Origin: Lama glama
Lineage: Eukaryota
Assembly: GCA_028534125.1 (NCBI GenBank)
Contig: CM052816.1
Coordinates: 31,002,001-31,066,000, forward strand
Reading direction: 5' to 3'
DNA: 64,000 nt
In this document: in pieces, positions 39,515-53,459 of the stretch
Numbering within the stretch: the first letter of the stretch is position 1
Layout: every line of letters begins with the position of its first letter
Program-made: the position numbers and the translations under genes
Notes under the pieces: generated by a model
Seen by the model: only the letters and a program-made list of their open reading frames with translations
What the model was told of the DNA's origin: nothing
Database searches by the model: none

Positions 39515-39830
39515 AATTCAATTAATACTAAATGCCTATTATGTGAGAGTTATTCAAACAGGCACTTCACAAATATTATCTTATTTAATTCTATCAATAA
39601 TCCTAGGAGGCAGGTGTTACCAGACACATTTTCAAATTGGGAAACTTGCTGCTGAAAGATTCAGATTCTTACAGACAGTCTAAGAATTTAAACTCAGCCA
39701 TCTCACTTTAAATCCCATGTCCCCTCCATTCTGTCAGCCTAGGGGTTCATCTGGCTATGCCAGTAATCAACTGACAAATCATTTAACCTCACTGGGCCTG
39801 AGTTTTCTCATCAGTAAACTTAGAGGGTTA
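39515..39830. mobile_element. Two adjacent MIRs (minus ~39515-39735, plus ~39740-39830)
   Basis: ATCTTATTTAATTCTATCAATAATCCTAGGAGGCAGG and AAATCATTTAACCTCACTGGGCCTGAGTTTTCTCATCAGTAAA. Confidence 0.65.
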
Positions 39831-39872
39831 AAACATTCCTAAAGCTGGTCTCCTCCATTCTCTCTCTCTCTC

Positions 39873-40943
39873 AAATTTACTATTTTAATCATTTTAAAGT
39901 CTATAATTCAGAGGCTTCCAATACATTCATTCACAATGCTGGGAAACCATCACCACTGATTTCAGAACATTTTCATCACCCCGAAAAAAAATGAATAACC
40001 TGTAAGCTGTCAATCCCCATTCCTTCCTGCCCCAAGGTCTTGGCAACAGCTAATCTGCTTGTTGTCTCTATGGATTTGCCTAACCTGGATATTTTATATA
40101 AGTGGAATCGTACAATGTGTGACCTTTTGTGTCTGGTTTCTTTCACTAAGCAAAATATTTTTAAGGTCCATATAAACTGCAGCATGTATCAGTACTTCAC
40201 TCCTTTTTATGGCTCAATAGTACTCCATCATACATATATACTACTATTTGTTTACCCATTTATCCACTGATGGGCATTTGAGTTGTTTCCACCTTTTGGC
40301 CATTGTGACTAGCACTGCCATATAAACATGCAAGCAGCTGTACATGTTTGAGTCCTTGGATTCACTTCTTCTGGGGATATATAACTAGGAGTCAAAGTGC
40401 TGAGTAATTTGATAGCTTAATGCTTAAATTTCTGAGGAGCTGCCAAACTATTTCCCACAGTGGTCAAACCATTTTACATTCCCACCAGCAATATATGAGG
40501 GTCCTAATTTCTCTACATCCTCACAACACTTGTTATTTTACTTTTTAAAAAAATTATAGCCATCCTAATGGGTGTGAAGTGCTACCTCATTTTTGGTTTC
40601 GATTTGTATTTTCCTGGTGACTAATGATGTTGAGTACCGTTTCAGGTGTTTACTGGCCATTTGTATATCTTCTCTGAAGAAATGTCTATGAAAGTCCTTT
40701 ACCCATTTTTTTTTGAGTTGTTTGTTCTTTGTTGTTGAGTTGTAGGCGTTCTTTACATATTCTAGATACAGATTCCTTATCAGATATATGATCTGCAAAT
40801 ATCTTCTCTCATTCTTTAGGTTATCTTTTCTTTTTCTTCATAATGTTCTTTGATGTACAAGTTTTTTATTTTGATGAAGTCCAATTTATCTAATTTGTTG
40901 GTTGTGATTTTGGTATTCTATCTAAGAATCCATTGCCAAATCC
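39873..40943 (-). mobile_element. L1MB-type 3' end with ORF2 C-terminal remnant
   Basis: ORF 40565-40798 (WVKDFHRHFFREDIQMASKHLKRYSTSLVTRKIQI) is L1 ORF2p. 3'UTR reads CTAATCTGCTTGTTGTCTCTATGGATTTGCCT. Confidence 0.92.
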
Positions 40944-41529
40944 ATCTGATATCTCTTTTTGCTGGAAAATTCCATAATCCTTTGTTCATTCCATAAATAA
41001 AGTTGTACCTAAATAATTCTATTTGTTTCACTGCTAAGAATTACAAAAGGGTTATTTTTGGAGTTTTCATTATATTGCCCTTACTAAGGAAGTGGTAGCA
41101 TTTTAAGTTTGGATAAAATTACCCTTTAAAGCTGGATGGAATGGAACTCCTTGTGATAAAATGAAAGAAACTGCATTTCTGCTCCATTATAAAGAAGAAA
41201 AGAAGGGGAAAGAGAGAGGAACAGAGGAAGGGAAGGAGCAAATTCTCTTCATTTGAGAACCTCATCGGTTAATAACCACACTGAGACAATTTTAAGACTC
41301 TCCAAACTGTGTGTTGAAACATTATCATCTCTAGAAAAGACAGTTTACCCCACAGTAAAAATTCAATACTCTAGCAGTTACTAGAATTTTCTCTAACACG
41401 TAAGTAGTATTTCACAGATCTTCTTCCCTCACTTTAACTAGCCAGTATGTTAGTTATCCAGCAAGTGGTTTAAACATGGCTTTAAAACCAAATCTATTGC
41501 TAAAGGATTAATAGAAAAATAAGCCATAT

Positions 41530-41790
41530 TTAGCAAGAAAATAGAATACTCTGTAGCCATTAAAAATAATGCTGCTGAGTCAAAGTTCAGCTATTGACAA
41601 TGGAAGACGTTTATAATATAATACTGTATGGGGGGGAAATTAGTTTATAATGGATAGATTTGGAAAGCTACATACCAAATATATCATTTAAAATTATTAT
41701 CTTTAGGTTGGACTGTAGGTAAATTTTATTTTCTTAAATTTTCTTATTTTTCTACAAGGTAAATTACTTATGCACATTTAGAAAGGTATA
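41530..41790 (+). mobile_element. Old L1ME-like 3'UTR fragment
   Basis: ATAGAATACTCTGTAGCCATTAAAAATAATG...GGAAAGCTACATACCAAA. Confidence 0.6.
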
Positions 41791-43569
41791 AAAGCATAAA
41801 AAAGAGAAAACTAAAATCCCTTAAAAATGAAATTTGAAAGTAAGAACTTCTTTCTACACATTCACTTATTATTACATTTCACCTTCAGCCATTATATGTC
41901 ACTTGTTAGCTATATGTTTTGGTTAACTAACCACAATAATGACAACAACAAATACATACAGTTTCACCGATGTTACTACAGCACAGTTACAAGCAATTTT
42001 TTTCATAAACTCCACGTAATACCAACAAAAGAATTTTCTAAAACTTAAAACAGTGTTTTTAAAACTGTATGTAGTCTGTTATTTCATTAACCAGATGTGA
42101 GGATCAAGACTTTTCTGAAACAAAGCAGATCATCAGAGTTTATAAAAATTAGATTACATTCTGTTTGTCTCCTATTTTTGCCAGTAGTAAGAGCTGGGAT
42201 AAGTGGTAAGATAATGATAACACTGCTTCACCAACTCTATTTCTATCCCTTTGTTCATCTATGGCCTTAGTTATGATATGTTCCCACTGCTTATGAACAT
42301 CATTCTCCATTATATGATAAGGTGACTGAAACTGGCTATTCTCTGTGCACTAACTGAATAGCTACCTTCAGACGCTCAAACACGTCATCCAGATTTGGAA
42401 TGAAAACGCAGAACTGATGATGCTGAGTTAATGCTAAATGCTAGCAAGAAAAGAGCCAAACCAGGCTCATGATCGCCAGGCATCTTGAGGTGGCCACATT
42501 TCCAAGTAAGCTGTTGGGTGATGCGAAGTTTGAGGATGTGAAACCCTTAAAGCACTTTATACAAAGACATGAGATTTTTTTCAAAATAGTACATAATTTT
42601 GGATCATATGTATTAAAGACAGTTGAAAAGCTAAAAAAAAAAACCAACATAAAAAGATCTTATATATGAACTTATTGAGAAAAATCTTTGCTTTTCCCAA
42701 TACCATAAAAACAGACAACAGTGCCAAGTAATTTGTTATGAGAAGAGAAATACATTATACAGTAAGACTGATTCCTTCTCTCCATCAAAATTTAATTTCC
42801 TATAAATAATTCCCCTATAAAGGAAAGAAAAAAGTCTGAAAGAAACATAACTTGCATAATACATTCAATATGTATATTTAAGTATTCATACAGTACCTAA
42901 TGGCAAACATGCTTAAAATCTCATTTAAACTAGATCAAGAAAGAAGAGTGTTTCTCAACTCTTTTTTTCTGTCAGAATTATTCGGACTGAATTCAATATT
43001 CAACAATGAAATTTACTTGTAAGTAAAACTTTTATAAGAACATGTGTCATCTTTGTCCTGATTGTAAAATTTATATACCATGCCAAAATCAGAATATTAA
43101 GTTTAGGAAAGCAATTCAGAATATCACCAGTGATGTTGAAGAGCTAATACACTCAACTGAGATATAAAACGTTCACATTTTAACTGATTTCTGGCTATAG
43201 TATTGTGGTATAGAGGGCTCATTATGAACTACTCCAGTATTTCCCAGCAAATGCTGGGTATACTATCAACGAACAAAGAAAGAGATTAAGGGACAGCCAC
43301 TGGTCACACATTAAGAACTCCTAGGCTGTGGAACAAACCTTCATATATTTATGAAGTTTCCAAGTTGATATCAGGGGTGAAAGTTCAGACAAGACCAGAT
43401 ATCAGGTGTCACTTTTCTTCACTTCTCCATCTTAAGATATACTACACATTTGACCAAGTCAAGGGGTCTGAGGATTCAAATAAAAAACTTCCGAGTGACC
43501 CTGGAACTAATGTGCCTGAGGTTCCTCTGTACCACAAACACTCTTAGGGAGGCTACAGCTAGGGTTCCA

Positions 43570-44590
43570 GTTTGTCATCAGTCAGTCTCTCACTCTCCAT
43601 CATCTCACTCTCCAAAACACACCATATCCTCACTTTTCACCTGACCTGATTTAGAATCCATGGGCAATCACTAAAATCACTGCCTTGAGTGCAAAGCCAA
43701 TCCTTTGTCTCTTTCTACCTTCAGTGATACATTTAGCAAAGAAGAAACCCTGATTAAACCCAGTTATGCACCTACTTCACATCTGCACCAGAGGAACTAA
43801 AAATGGGTGAAGAAAAATGTACAAGCTTTCAACAGTTCTCATTTCAAATTTATGGTCACACATCTCAAGTGGGCAATTAGCACTATTCAGTAACAGTGAA
43901 ATAGCCTAAAATAACTAGTTTGTTCATTTTCCCAATATCCAAAATAACTATTTCATACTTTCTCTTCTGTTCTCAAATCCTCCTAAACTTACCCACTCCC
44001 CCAACTAATGACTGTATTCAGAAAACAGAAGCAATCAGACACAGCTTTCTCCTGTACCACCAAAACTACCTATCTAATCCATGCTCTCTTTACTGTTAGA
44101 ACAAATATGTTCCACTCTCCTCAAAGTCCACCCTTTCATTTGTGCTCTGGGCCTCGTATCTTCTCGCTATCTCAAGGATCTTATATCCTTCTCTGTCGTG
44201 CAGCGTCAATTTCTCCCCCAATGGATCTGTGGCATCGCTGTATACAAACCTCCTCTAATCTCTCCAGTCAGTGAATCCACATCCCCCTACATAGTCTATC
44301 CTATTTCTCTATTTCTTGAAAGAGTTACCTATGTGGTTGCTCTCACTTTCTCTCCTCATTTTCTTTCCTCAATTTACTCCAATCAGGTTTCCTTTTCCTC
44401 TCAACTGAGATTACAACTGTCAAGGTCATTAGAGAAGTCCACTTAACCAAATCCAGCGGTCCTGTGTCTGCTCTTCTCCTTCCTGACCTCTCAACAGTAT
44501 TCACCACCACCCTCTGTCTTGAAATGTCTCCTCCTCCCGCCCCACACAATGATCATCAGTGACCTCCACATCACTAAATTCATTTTCTAT
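43570..44590 (+). mobile_element. L2 internal (ORF2-region) fragment
   Basis: AAACCCTGATTAAACCC, CATTTCAAATTTATG, TTTGTGCTCTGG and TACTCCAATCAGGTTTC...GTCAAGGTCA...CTTCCTGACCTCTCAACAGTATTCACCAC are typical L2 RT-region remnants. Confidence 0.75.
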
Positions 44591-47114
44591 CACTATATAG
44601 TGATTTTAAGTTCAGCTATTATGGCAGATGGACCTGGGTTCAAAACTTGCCTCCATCATTTTCTAGTATCCAGTCTAGGGAAAGATATTTAAATACAGAA
44701 TAAGGCTTATACACACACACTCTTGCAAACACACTCAAACGAACAAGGGGGTTCACTTTGTGATATCTAGGAGCTATATACATATGATTTGAACACTTCA
44801 ATATACTTGAATACATAAGATCTTTCAGAAAGTCATAACGATCACAAAATAAAAAAAAAACTAAATTGAGGAAAGACATTTTTGTACTGCTCTCATTTAG
44901 AAAACATGACACCTTAAAAGATACTATCATTGAGAAACTGATCACAATGAAAAGGATACAATTAAGAATTAGAATCAGAAATTAAGAATCAGAAAACTAG
45001 AGCCACAAAGTGTTAGGAATATTTAAATAAATAAATTTAATTCCAAAGAAGCAAGCTTTTTCCCCCAAAGTATACGGACAATTACATAACAAATAAAGGC
45101 TGTTTCTATTTTCTCTAACTGCTAGAGTACTTGCTAAGATTGCTTCTACATGTTCTATAATAAAATAAAACACATATAACAAAGGTTGTTTAATTGTACA
45201 CTAAAAGAATAAAGAAATTATAAATGAGAGGGTTCTATAATATTACAAAAATACCTGGGCTTGTCACTGGTCTCCTAAAATATACAAAGTAACTAACTAG
45301 TTATCAAACTTATCTATATTTGAGATAGTAATGTTACACCTTTCTCCAGAAGATCTTAAATCCTTTTAATTCAACCTTTTGAGTTTCTGTGTGTGTTCCC
45401 AAAATGATTATGAAAAGCCAATTATCAAACTATAGTTAAGACCTTTTTGTGGTTTACACCTTTTCACCCAGTAATTACACTACTGAGGAATAATCAGTAA
45501 ATTCTAAGAAGGCTTTATTCATTCCCTCATTCATTCATTTATTGATTCATCATTCAATAAATGGTTATTGAACACCTCCTATGTATTTATACACAAAGGT
45601 GTTTATCATCGTACAATAGGAAAATACCAGAAACAAATTCATCACTTGACAACAGTGGAACTGGTAGGAAATCACAGTATGTCACAGCCAAAATATGATG
45701 CAGTCAGTCATTTAAAATATATTAGTGGTGAGTCTAAAGGAATACAAAAAAGATTTGTTACAGAGTTAAGTATAAAAAAAAGCAGAATATAAAATCAAAG
45801 AAGGCTTTCAAAAGAAAGTATCCACAGAACAAACACTGAAATAAAAGAGACTGTCTGCATATTGGTGGTAAATCTCTGAGTTTTTCTTTACATGTCTTTA
45901 TACTTTTCATAATAAACATATACAACCTAGGTAATTAAAAAATTTTTAAGACAATTGATTTTCATCATTTCATTTGAGAAGTAAAACCACTGACACATCT
46001 TAAAATTTTTTCAACCCTGAATAAAACACCCCAAATGACACAAATGGCAGTATCCTGACATAGACCTGCTCATAGACAAAGCTTGCTTTATAAAATTTCT
46101 GATCAAAAACAGTGAGTAAAAAGCCCAAGACTTTACAGAATGTCTTTCCAGATCACAAAATAGCATACTGCAGAAAAAGAAATAATTACAATTTATCAAA
46201 AAGGAAAAAAAGTTCTGAATGATGAATGAAATTATCTTCTCGTACCATATCTAGTACTAAACAGTAATAATAAAACTGCAATTCTTTTTCCTGAATCAAA
46301 CACAAACATCACTATTTTTTAAAAAATCACTTTTGCATAGGAAAAAACAGCTGGAAAGTGATACAGCAAAACACAGCAGTATTGTGGGTACTGGCATTAT
46401 ATTTGATTTTAATTAGCTTTGTCCCCTCTATTTTCCAAAATGCCCATTACAAATAAATGTATAGCCACTGCAATAGAGAAAACTAAATTTAAATTCCTAA
46501 GAGAATATGCTGAAATATATTCATTATATAGATTAGATTAGTAAAAATACATTTGTAGAATACAGGCCTGCTCATCAAAGCAGCTAAGAAAATTTTGAAG
46601 GTCCTTCAAAACCAGTCAATACAAAAACGACCTTTAAGGAAATCAAAACACCTTAAATTTCTAGTACAAGAATTCATGATTTGAACAGCATAGGTTTTTT
46701 TTTTTAACTAAGAAATTTGTCATAAATACAACTAAGGATGTGTTTTTTTTTAATGATATACCCCATTTCTTTGTTCACAGACATCAACATCAATGACGTC
46801 ATATATACCCTTACAATAAGGTCTGGTAATGAATATAGTCTCTATGGAATTGAGATAACATCAACACATACACTTTTACTTACTACATAAAAGATCGTAT
46901 TAGTGTCTCTCATTGACTTCAGTGTAAAATTGTTTCAATGTAGTCAAATAAAAAGAAAAGGAAAATGAAATTTAGAATCCATATGACTCTAATTTTATGA
47001 AGAACAACAATAAAACAATCATTCCATTTTAGAGAAGCTTTCAACACCTTGAAACATATACACATATTATGGGATAACTGCTAAATTATTAAATAAGCAA
47101 AATGATACAGTATC

Positions 47115-47340
47115 CTAGCAATGAATATAGAATAGGACTCTGAAATAAAATTGCCTGATTTCAAATCCTAGCTCTGCTGTTTAATAGTTATATAACGTAG
47201 GAAAATAATTTAATCTCTAGGTGTTTCCATTTCTCCATCTATCTATAAAATACAGATAATAATAAGAATTCATACCTAAAAGAGAAATTTTAAATATTAA
47301 AGGAGGTAATATCACATTTATACAGAATAAGCACTAAAAA
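47115..47340 (+). mobile_element. MIR SINE
   Basis: GGACTCTGAAATAAAATTGCCTGATTTCAAATCCTAGCTCTGCTG...TTTCTCCATCTAT. Confidence 0.75.
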
Positions 47341-48836
47341 AGGCTTTTCCCCTCCTTTTCTCAATCTAAACAGAATGAGTCATACATTTTGGAAATAAGA
47401 ATGAAGACCCCAAATTTTAAAAATTTGTATTAAAAATCCTAAATTCACTCATGATCATAATTACCCACCTATCTAGCACCATCTGCAACCTAAGCATAAT
47501 CTAATTAAACATTTAGATAAATAAAAGTTCTGCTGTCAAGGTCATTTTACCCCAGTTGTTTCAAAAGAACAAGAAAAAAAAAATGAAACACAAGGATCTT
47601 TTCTTAAAAGATGTACAAAAAGAATTTAGAATCACTGTATTAACAAAATGATTGTTTTCAACAGCAAATTTACTGCAAAAAAGAAAAATGCAATAATGCA
47701 AGATTAATTGCGAAGTTCAAATATCTTAGTGTTTTTAGGATACTGCAGTTAAAGTGATGACGCCATTCAAAATCACCAGCATTTGTTACATGTAAAACTG
47801 CTGTTGTCCATAAATGAAGACATTTCAACTGTCTGTGGTCAGTCTGGAACTAGTTATGCTCTAACATAATCCAGCCACTCAGCTCTCTTGGAGATTATTT
47901 TATTCTCCTTCCTCATAAAGAAATTAACACAGGTGACAGAATGTAACAAAAAAGTCAGCAGTGTAGAAGGCTTTTTATTTTCATTTTGGCAAATGATCGT
48001 ATACAAATTAACAAACACTGAAATCAAGATGATTTAATTTATTTGTTCTGAATGTATCTGATTAATAGGCATTAACTTTGTTGATGGAAACAGGAGAACT
48101 CTATTGTTATATACAGATTAGAAATGTAAACACTTAGCATTTCCCACAACTACTGACTTTCCAAATTATCTGGAATGTTATTGCAAACGACAACGTGAGC
48201 GCCAGAGGTTAGGTAAGCAAAGAACTCTACTGCCCCCTAATGAAATAAACCAAAAAAACCCCTCAGAAATCTTGAGGTATCTGTGTAATAGTAAAATAAT
48301 CTTACTTCGCTAAATGCAGTAGACAAACACTAAGAAAACTGACTGAAAACAACTTGAATATCTACTCAAAATACTATAGGAAAAACTAGAATCATCCACT
48401 TTCCATGATAAAATTAGTAGCAAAACAGGAAAGCCTTGAGACAGAAATGTTCTAAGAAAAACGAGGACAGTTCAACAATGTTATCTAACATGATAGCAAT
48501 TAAAACTTCACTGCAGGCTACACTTTTCATGTGTATGTTGGAAGGGAATGAGAAGAAAGATTCTTAGAAACCACACTCATCAGTGAATTACAGTAAGTTT
48601 TCAGTTCAGCAGCTCAAAAGTAAATACTATCAAAATATTCTCCTAGAGTTTGCACTGAGTCTAATCCTCTCAGAATTATATTAATGTATGTGTACTTTCA
48701 GGATAACTGTTATAAAATGTACATTTAAAAGAATTTTACTTAAGGCTTCCTGTTTTAAACAAATGCCAGTTTCTTTAGTATGACAACTTTGTGCTCTATG
48801 ATACTCTGCATCATAAACTAACCAGTGATAACTTTT

Positions 48837-49622
48837 TTTAACATTTTTTATTGATTTATAATCATTTTACAATGTTGTGTCAAATTCCAGTGTTCAGCAC
48901 AATTTTTCAGTCATTCATGGACATATACACTCTCATTGTCACATTTTTTTCTCTGTGAGTTATCGTAACATTTTGTGTATATTTCCCTGTNNNNNNNNNN
49001 NNNNNNNNNNNNNNNNNNNNNNNNNNNNNNNNNNNNNNNNNNNNNNNNNNNNNNNNNNNNNNNNNNNNNNNNNNNNNNNNNNNNNNNNNNNNNNNNNNNN
49101 NNNNNNNNNNNNNNNNNNNNNNNNNNNNNNNNNNNNNNNNNNNNNNNNNNNNNNNNNNNNNNNNNNNNNNNNNNNNNNNNNNNNNNNNNNNNNNNNNNNN
49201 NNNNNNNNNNNNNNNNNNNNNNNNNNNNNNNNNNNNNNNNNNNNNNNNNNNNNNNNNNNNNNNNNNNNNNNNNNNNNNNNNNNNNNNNNNNNNNNNNNNN
49301 NNNNNNNNNNNNNNNNNNNNNNNNNNNNNNNNNNNNNNNNNNNNNNNNNNNNNNNNNNNNNNNNNNNNNNNNNNNNNNNNNNNNNNNNNNNNNNNNNNNN
49401 NNNNNNNNNNNNNNNNNNNNNNNNNNNNNNNNNNNNNNNNNNNNNNNNNNNNNNNNNNNNNNNNNNNNNNNNNNNNNNNNNNNNNNNNNNTTTATTTTTT
49501 TCTTATTGAGTCGTATGAGCTGCTTATATATTTTGGAGATCAAGCCTTTGTCGGTTTCACTTGCAAAAATTTTCTCCCATTCCGTAGGTTTTCTTCTTGT
49601 TTTATTTCTGGTTTCCTTTGCT
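48837..49622 (-). mobile_element. Young 5'-truncated camelid L1 with perfect 13-bp TSD; spans the assembly gap
   Basis: TSD AGTGATAACTTTT at 48824-48836 and 49623-49635, followed by AA (TTTT/AA endonuclease site). ORF2 remnant MISKIYKQLIRLNKKK. CpGs retained. Confidence 0.93.
48991..49490. other. Assembly gap (500 N)
   Basis: Run of N. Confidence 1.
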
Positions 49623-50884
49623 AGTGATAACTTTTAAGGCTCCATTCTCCTGTTCTTTTATCTAATATTCCAACCTGTCTGGAATTTCCAAATTCTTATT
49701 TCAGAACAGAGCAAATGTTTGGGGGAAGAGTTGTGGGTTGTCCTTCATAACAAACGTTATGTGAAAATTAACATCAAGGAACCAGATGTAACAAGAGTAC
49801 AAAGAATAGAAAACCAGATCATATAAACACAGAGAAAAAATAAAGCTTCCCAGCAGGAGTTTACTGAGGGGAACAGAGCTGCGGTAGTTAACTATTCCTT
49901 TATAGCTAGGTACACGTCACTTGGAGAAGGCATGTTTCTGTCCAGGATGACAGTGAATGTACACTCCATTACGTGTCTATTGTTTAGGAGATAGAAGTAA
50001 TAGGGGCCAAATCCACAAAATGCCATAGGGGAGATAGGCAACACAGAGGAAAAGGTTCACTTAAGTCTGCCTACAAAATGAAAAAATCATTCACATTTGT
50101 GTGCTGCTCTTCTTCCTGACTATCTGTTAATGAAAACAGTTCTCTAGCTCTGTAGGTCATAAGGGTTACCAAATGTTCACTCAAAATTTTAAAACAGCAA
50201 CAAGCAAAAAAATATAAATGTACTCAAGCCTTTATCTCGAATGAGTTAGATCTCACATCTGTACAGATTTCCTGAATAATGTGAACTAAAAACATGACTC
50301 TTTTACTTGAAGCATTACTCATTCATTCTTACTGCCTAAAAATATGACTGACATAGAGACATGTTTTGAAGACATAATAAAGAAGCTGGGAGGATTCAAG
50401 CATCCCAAACTGAAGCACTGCTGAAGTCATGATGCTTTAAGTAGATCCAATATAGGGTCAAAATAGTATCTTTCCAACCTAGAGATTGCATTTAGCTACT
50501 CAGACTTAGCATACAATAGTCATGAGAAACAGAGCAGTGAGGTATACTTGGAGAACATACGTTATGTATATGCGTATATGTATCTATAGATGTGTATTTT
50601 CTCTCATGGAATAGTCCCAGTCCACAGCAGGGAGTTTCAGATTATTATCCTAAACATAAAGGAACGACTTCCCTACTGCATGAGAGAAAATATAATAAAT
50701 GACTTTTCAGGATGTCCTTTCCCTCCTCTAGTCCCAGTAACTATAAATATGAAATATGATCAAGAAATAAAACGGAGGAAGAATGCAAAAAAAAAGGGGG
50801 GGGGAGGGAAAAGTTAATTTCATCAAAAAATAAAATTAGTGAAAGCTTAGTTATGTATCCGCCAAAAATATTTGCATTGATGAT

Positions 50885-51065
50885 GATAATGAATATAATA
50901 GCAGCCAGCATTTAAAGAGCATTAAGTATATCACATACACTGAGTCTTTAATCTTCATAAAAGCCCAGTAAGACAGATATTATTTCCATTTTACAGATGA
51001 AGAAACTGACACTCATAAAGATTAAGTAACTTGCCTAAGGTTAAATTGCTACTAAATTGAGGAGT
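50885..51065 (-). mobile_element. MIR SINE
   Basis: TTCCATTTTACAGATGAAGAAACTGACACTCATAAAGATTAAGTAACTTGCCTAAGGT. Confidence 0.85.
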
Positions 51066-51817
51066 ATATATTACATACCAGTCAATTCAATGTTGTTTTC
51101 TAGTCAAAATGTATGAAATGAAATGATCCTTTAAAAACACTGTAATAAAGTAATAAATCATATATGTTAAGATCCAACTCAATTGCCTAAGATTCTAAAG
51201 ACATATAATCTGAGTTAGTACTGATCCCAGTTCTCATGAAAGAAAGAAATGTACAAGGGAGAATAAAGAGTGAGACTGCTAACAAAGAAGTAATTATATA
51301 CACAGTCTTCAATGCCCACTGTAAATAATAACATTTCTTCCATTACCCCCAGTCACATACAGCCACAGCAATCTCTCCTTCCTCAGATCTTCCTATGCGT
51401 ATAAAACTAATCCAAAATCGATTCTGTGAGAGCTGACATTTAAACACACAAACACATATACTATACATGCACAAACACAACGCGGGTCATCTTCATACTC
51501 CAGGCATTGGCTGGACAACACTATTCCATCATATGTATTCAGCTTAAAACACAAAGCACCCAGAAATACCCACAAATATCTAAAACATTAAGATCATAAT
51601 TTTACATGGCTACTACTCTCTAAGTCTTATTTTTTCAAATAACAAAGTGATATATAAAAACTTGTCACAAATAAAAATCTGTCATTTTGTTAACCCTTGT
51701 TTAATTTTAATTGAATTATGTTTAAATTTTCAATCCAGAGAACAAACACCCTGCTAACGATAAAGTATAAGACCTAGTCAACAAAATGCATCATTTCAAT
51801 GGGATACCCTTTCTTAC

Positions 51818-51928
51818 CTTCGAATCTTCATTGCTCACTCCTAGCTGTAACACAGCTTGAGGAGATTTTAGTTTTGCTTGAGCAGAGTGAGCCATCTGAA
51901 GGTTAAGCTGCCATCCAACCGTCTCCAG
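51818..51928 (-). CDS. COMMD10: COMMD10 internal coding exon (111 bp, phase 0/0, COMM domain; probably exon 5)
   Basis: Minus strand reads acceptor ...gcacttgtcttttatAG|CTGGAGACG...GATTCGAAG|GTAAGAA donor. The 37 open codons [37 protein letters not shown] match the mammalian COMMD10 COMM-domain sequence I recognise. Exon number is from memory. Confidence 0.96.
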
Positions 51929-53459
51929 CTATAAAAGACAAGTGCAGATTAGAATCAGATGGAACAGAAGGAAGGAAACAGTCAACTTTAAGCAAATCTC
52001 CAATCAGCAGAATGAACACGGATAGTCTGGACTTTGTGGAAAGTCAGTTCTAGGGCTCCTCGAACCTGCATAGTCTGCACATTCTCCCTTTGGGCTTATT
52101 AGATTGGCCTCGTGCCATGCCTGTCAAATTCAACAGTAAAACTGGTCTTTAAATACACTTTGTTCTAAAAATAAAAGTTCTGAGACTAAGGAATGAAGCA
52201 CACTAAAGGCGTCAATGACTTTTAAATAGTTATAAATTTTAACTAGTAAATAGCATATACTGGAGATAAGCACTTTAATGACCTCCCATTATCTTTCAAA
52301 ACTCTTTGAATGCAGGTTGAACACAGATAAAAATTTTTTTTTTACTTTAAAGGGAAACTGAAGTGCCCAGATGGTAAGAGGTTCACATGTTTAGACACAA
52401 TGAGACTGGAATAGAGCCAGACAAAGAATTGATATCTACTAGTGAGCAGGTGTTACCATGCTTTCAAAGTACTCTAACTTACTACGGTTCCCAGTTATGA
52501 CAGAAGCTAATTAGAACAATTCCTTTGAATTTATTAATTAACACAAGAGCAAAATTTAATCAGGAAGGCAAAAACAGTAAAGACACACTAAAGCAGTTTA
52601 ACTTTTCTTTTAAAACATGGCTTTATTCAACATGATAGAGTATTGGTTTCTTCAAGCTCAAAACTGTATCAAGTTTTAGATTTAATTTGCAGTAAACCTT
52701 AAGGTATCAGTATTTAGGGAAGTTTTGTGATATGAAATGGTCATATACCTCAGACAATACGACCCCAATAATTGATTTAGTAAAACTACTTTAGCTACAC
52801 TGGTAAGAATGGCAGACTCACAATTTTTACTTAACCAGAATACTAATGGCTAACTTGAAAGACTGCTCAACAGCTAGAATCACAGCAGTGACTCCAGCCA
52901 AATTGGAAAGACAGCAATGGAAGTATTATCTATTCGAGAGAAGATGTGATGAGAAAATAAAGATACAGTTCTGTTCTTTCTGGCACTAAACCTTTAGAGG
53001 GTATGGGCAAAAAGGGGGAAGATGTTGCAGAGACATAATCCATAATACCACAAGTGAAAAAATCAACTTAATGGTACATGTTCAGTAAGGATCCGTAATG
53101 TACTGATCTTTAACACTGATCACAGTACGCACAGTCTCTAACAACAGCCCACCACTATTTTCAACAGTCACACGCAACAGACCCTCCAATACAACAGGAA
53201 AAACATGTCATAACCACTCTCATATATCTAAGCATTTTAATACATATCATTGTCTTAACTGAAAAGCACCTTCTAGGTATTTATATGGACCTATAAGACA
53301 CTTTTTGATCTAATGAATCCTATCGCTGTCCTTTAAGAACTTAAGATCAATGACAAAGATAAGTATTAATACAATAAATATACAATAAAATATACCTCCA
53401 CTATGGTCAGTCCTCAGCATAAATTAATGTATGCTTAGTCACTGCATAAAGGGGGTATG

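Larger units (their letters stand above)
1..51817 (-). other. COMMD10: COMMD10 intron downstream of the exon (continues beyond window)
   Basis: GT donor at 51817-51816. I found no sequence encoding the next COMMD10 residues in the window, and the region is repeat-rich. Confidence 0.85.

Noticed and set aside
48877..49637. Three long ORFs of 210-220 aa
   Set aside because: Artefacts of translating the 500-N gap; the flanks are L1.
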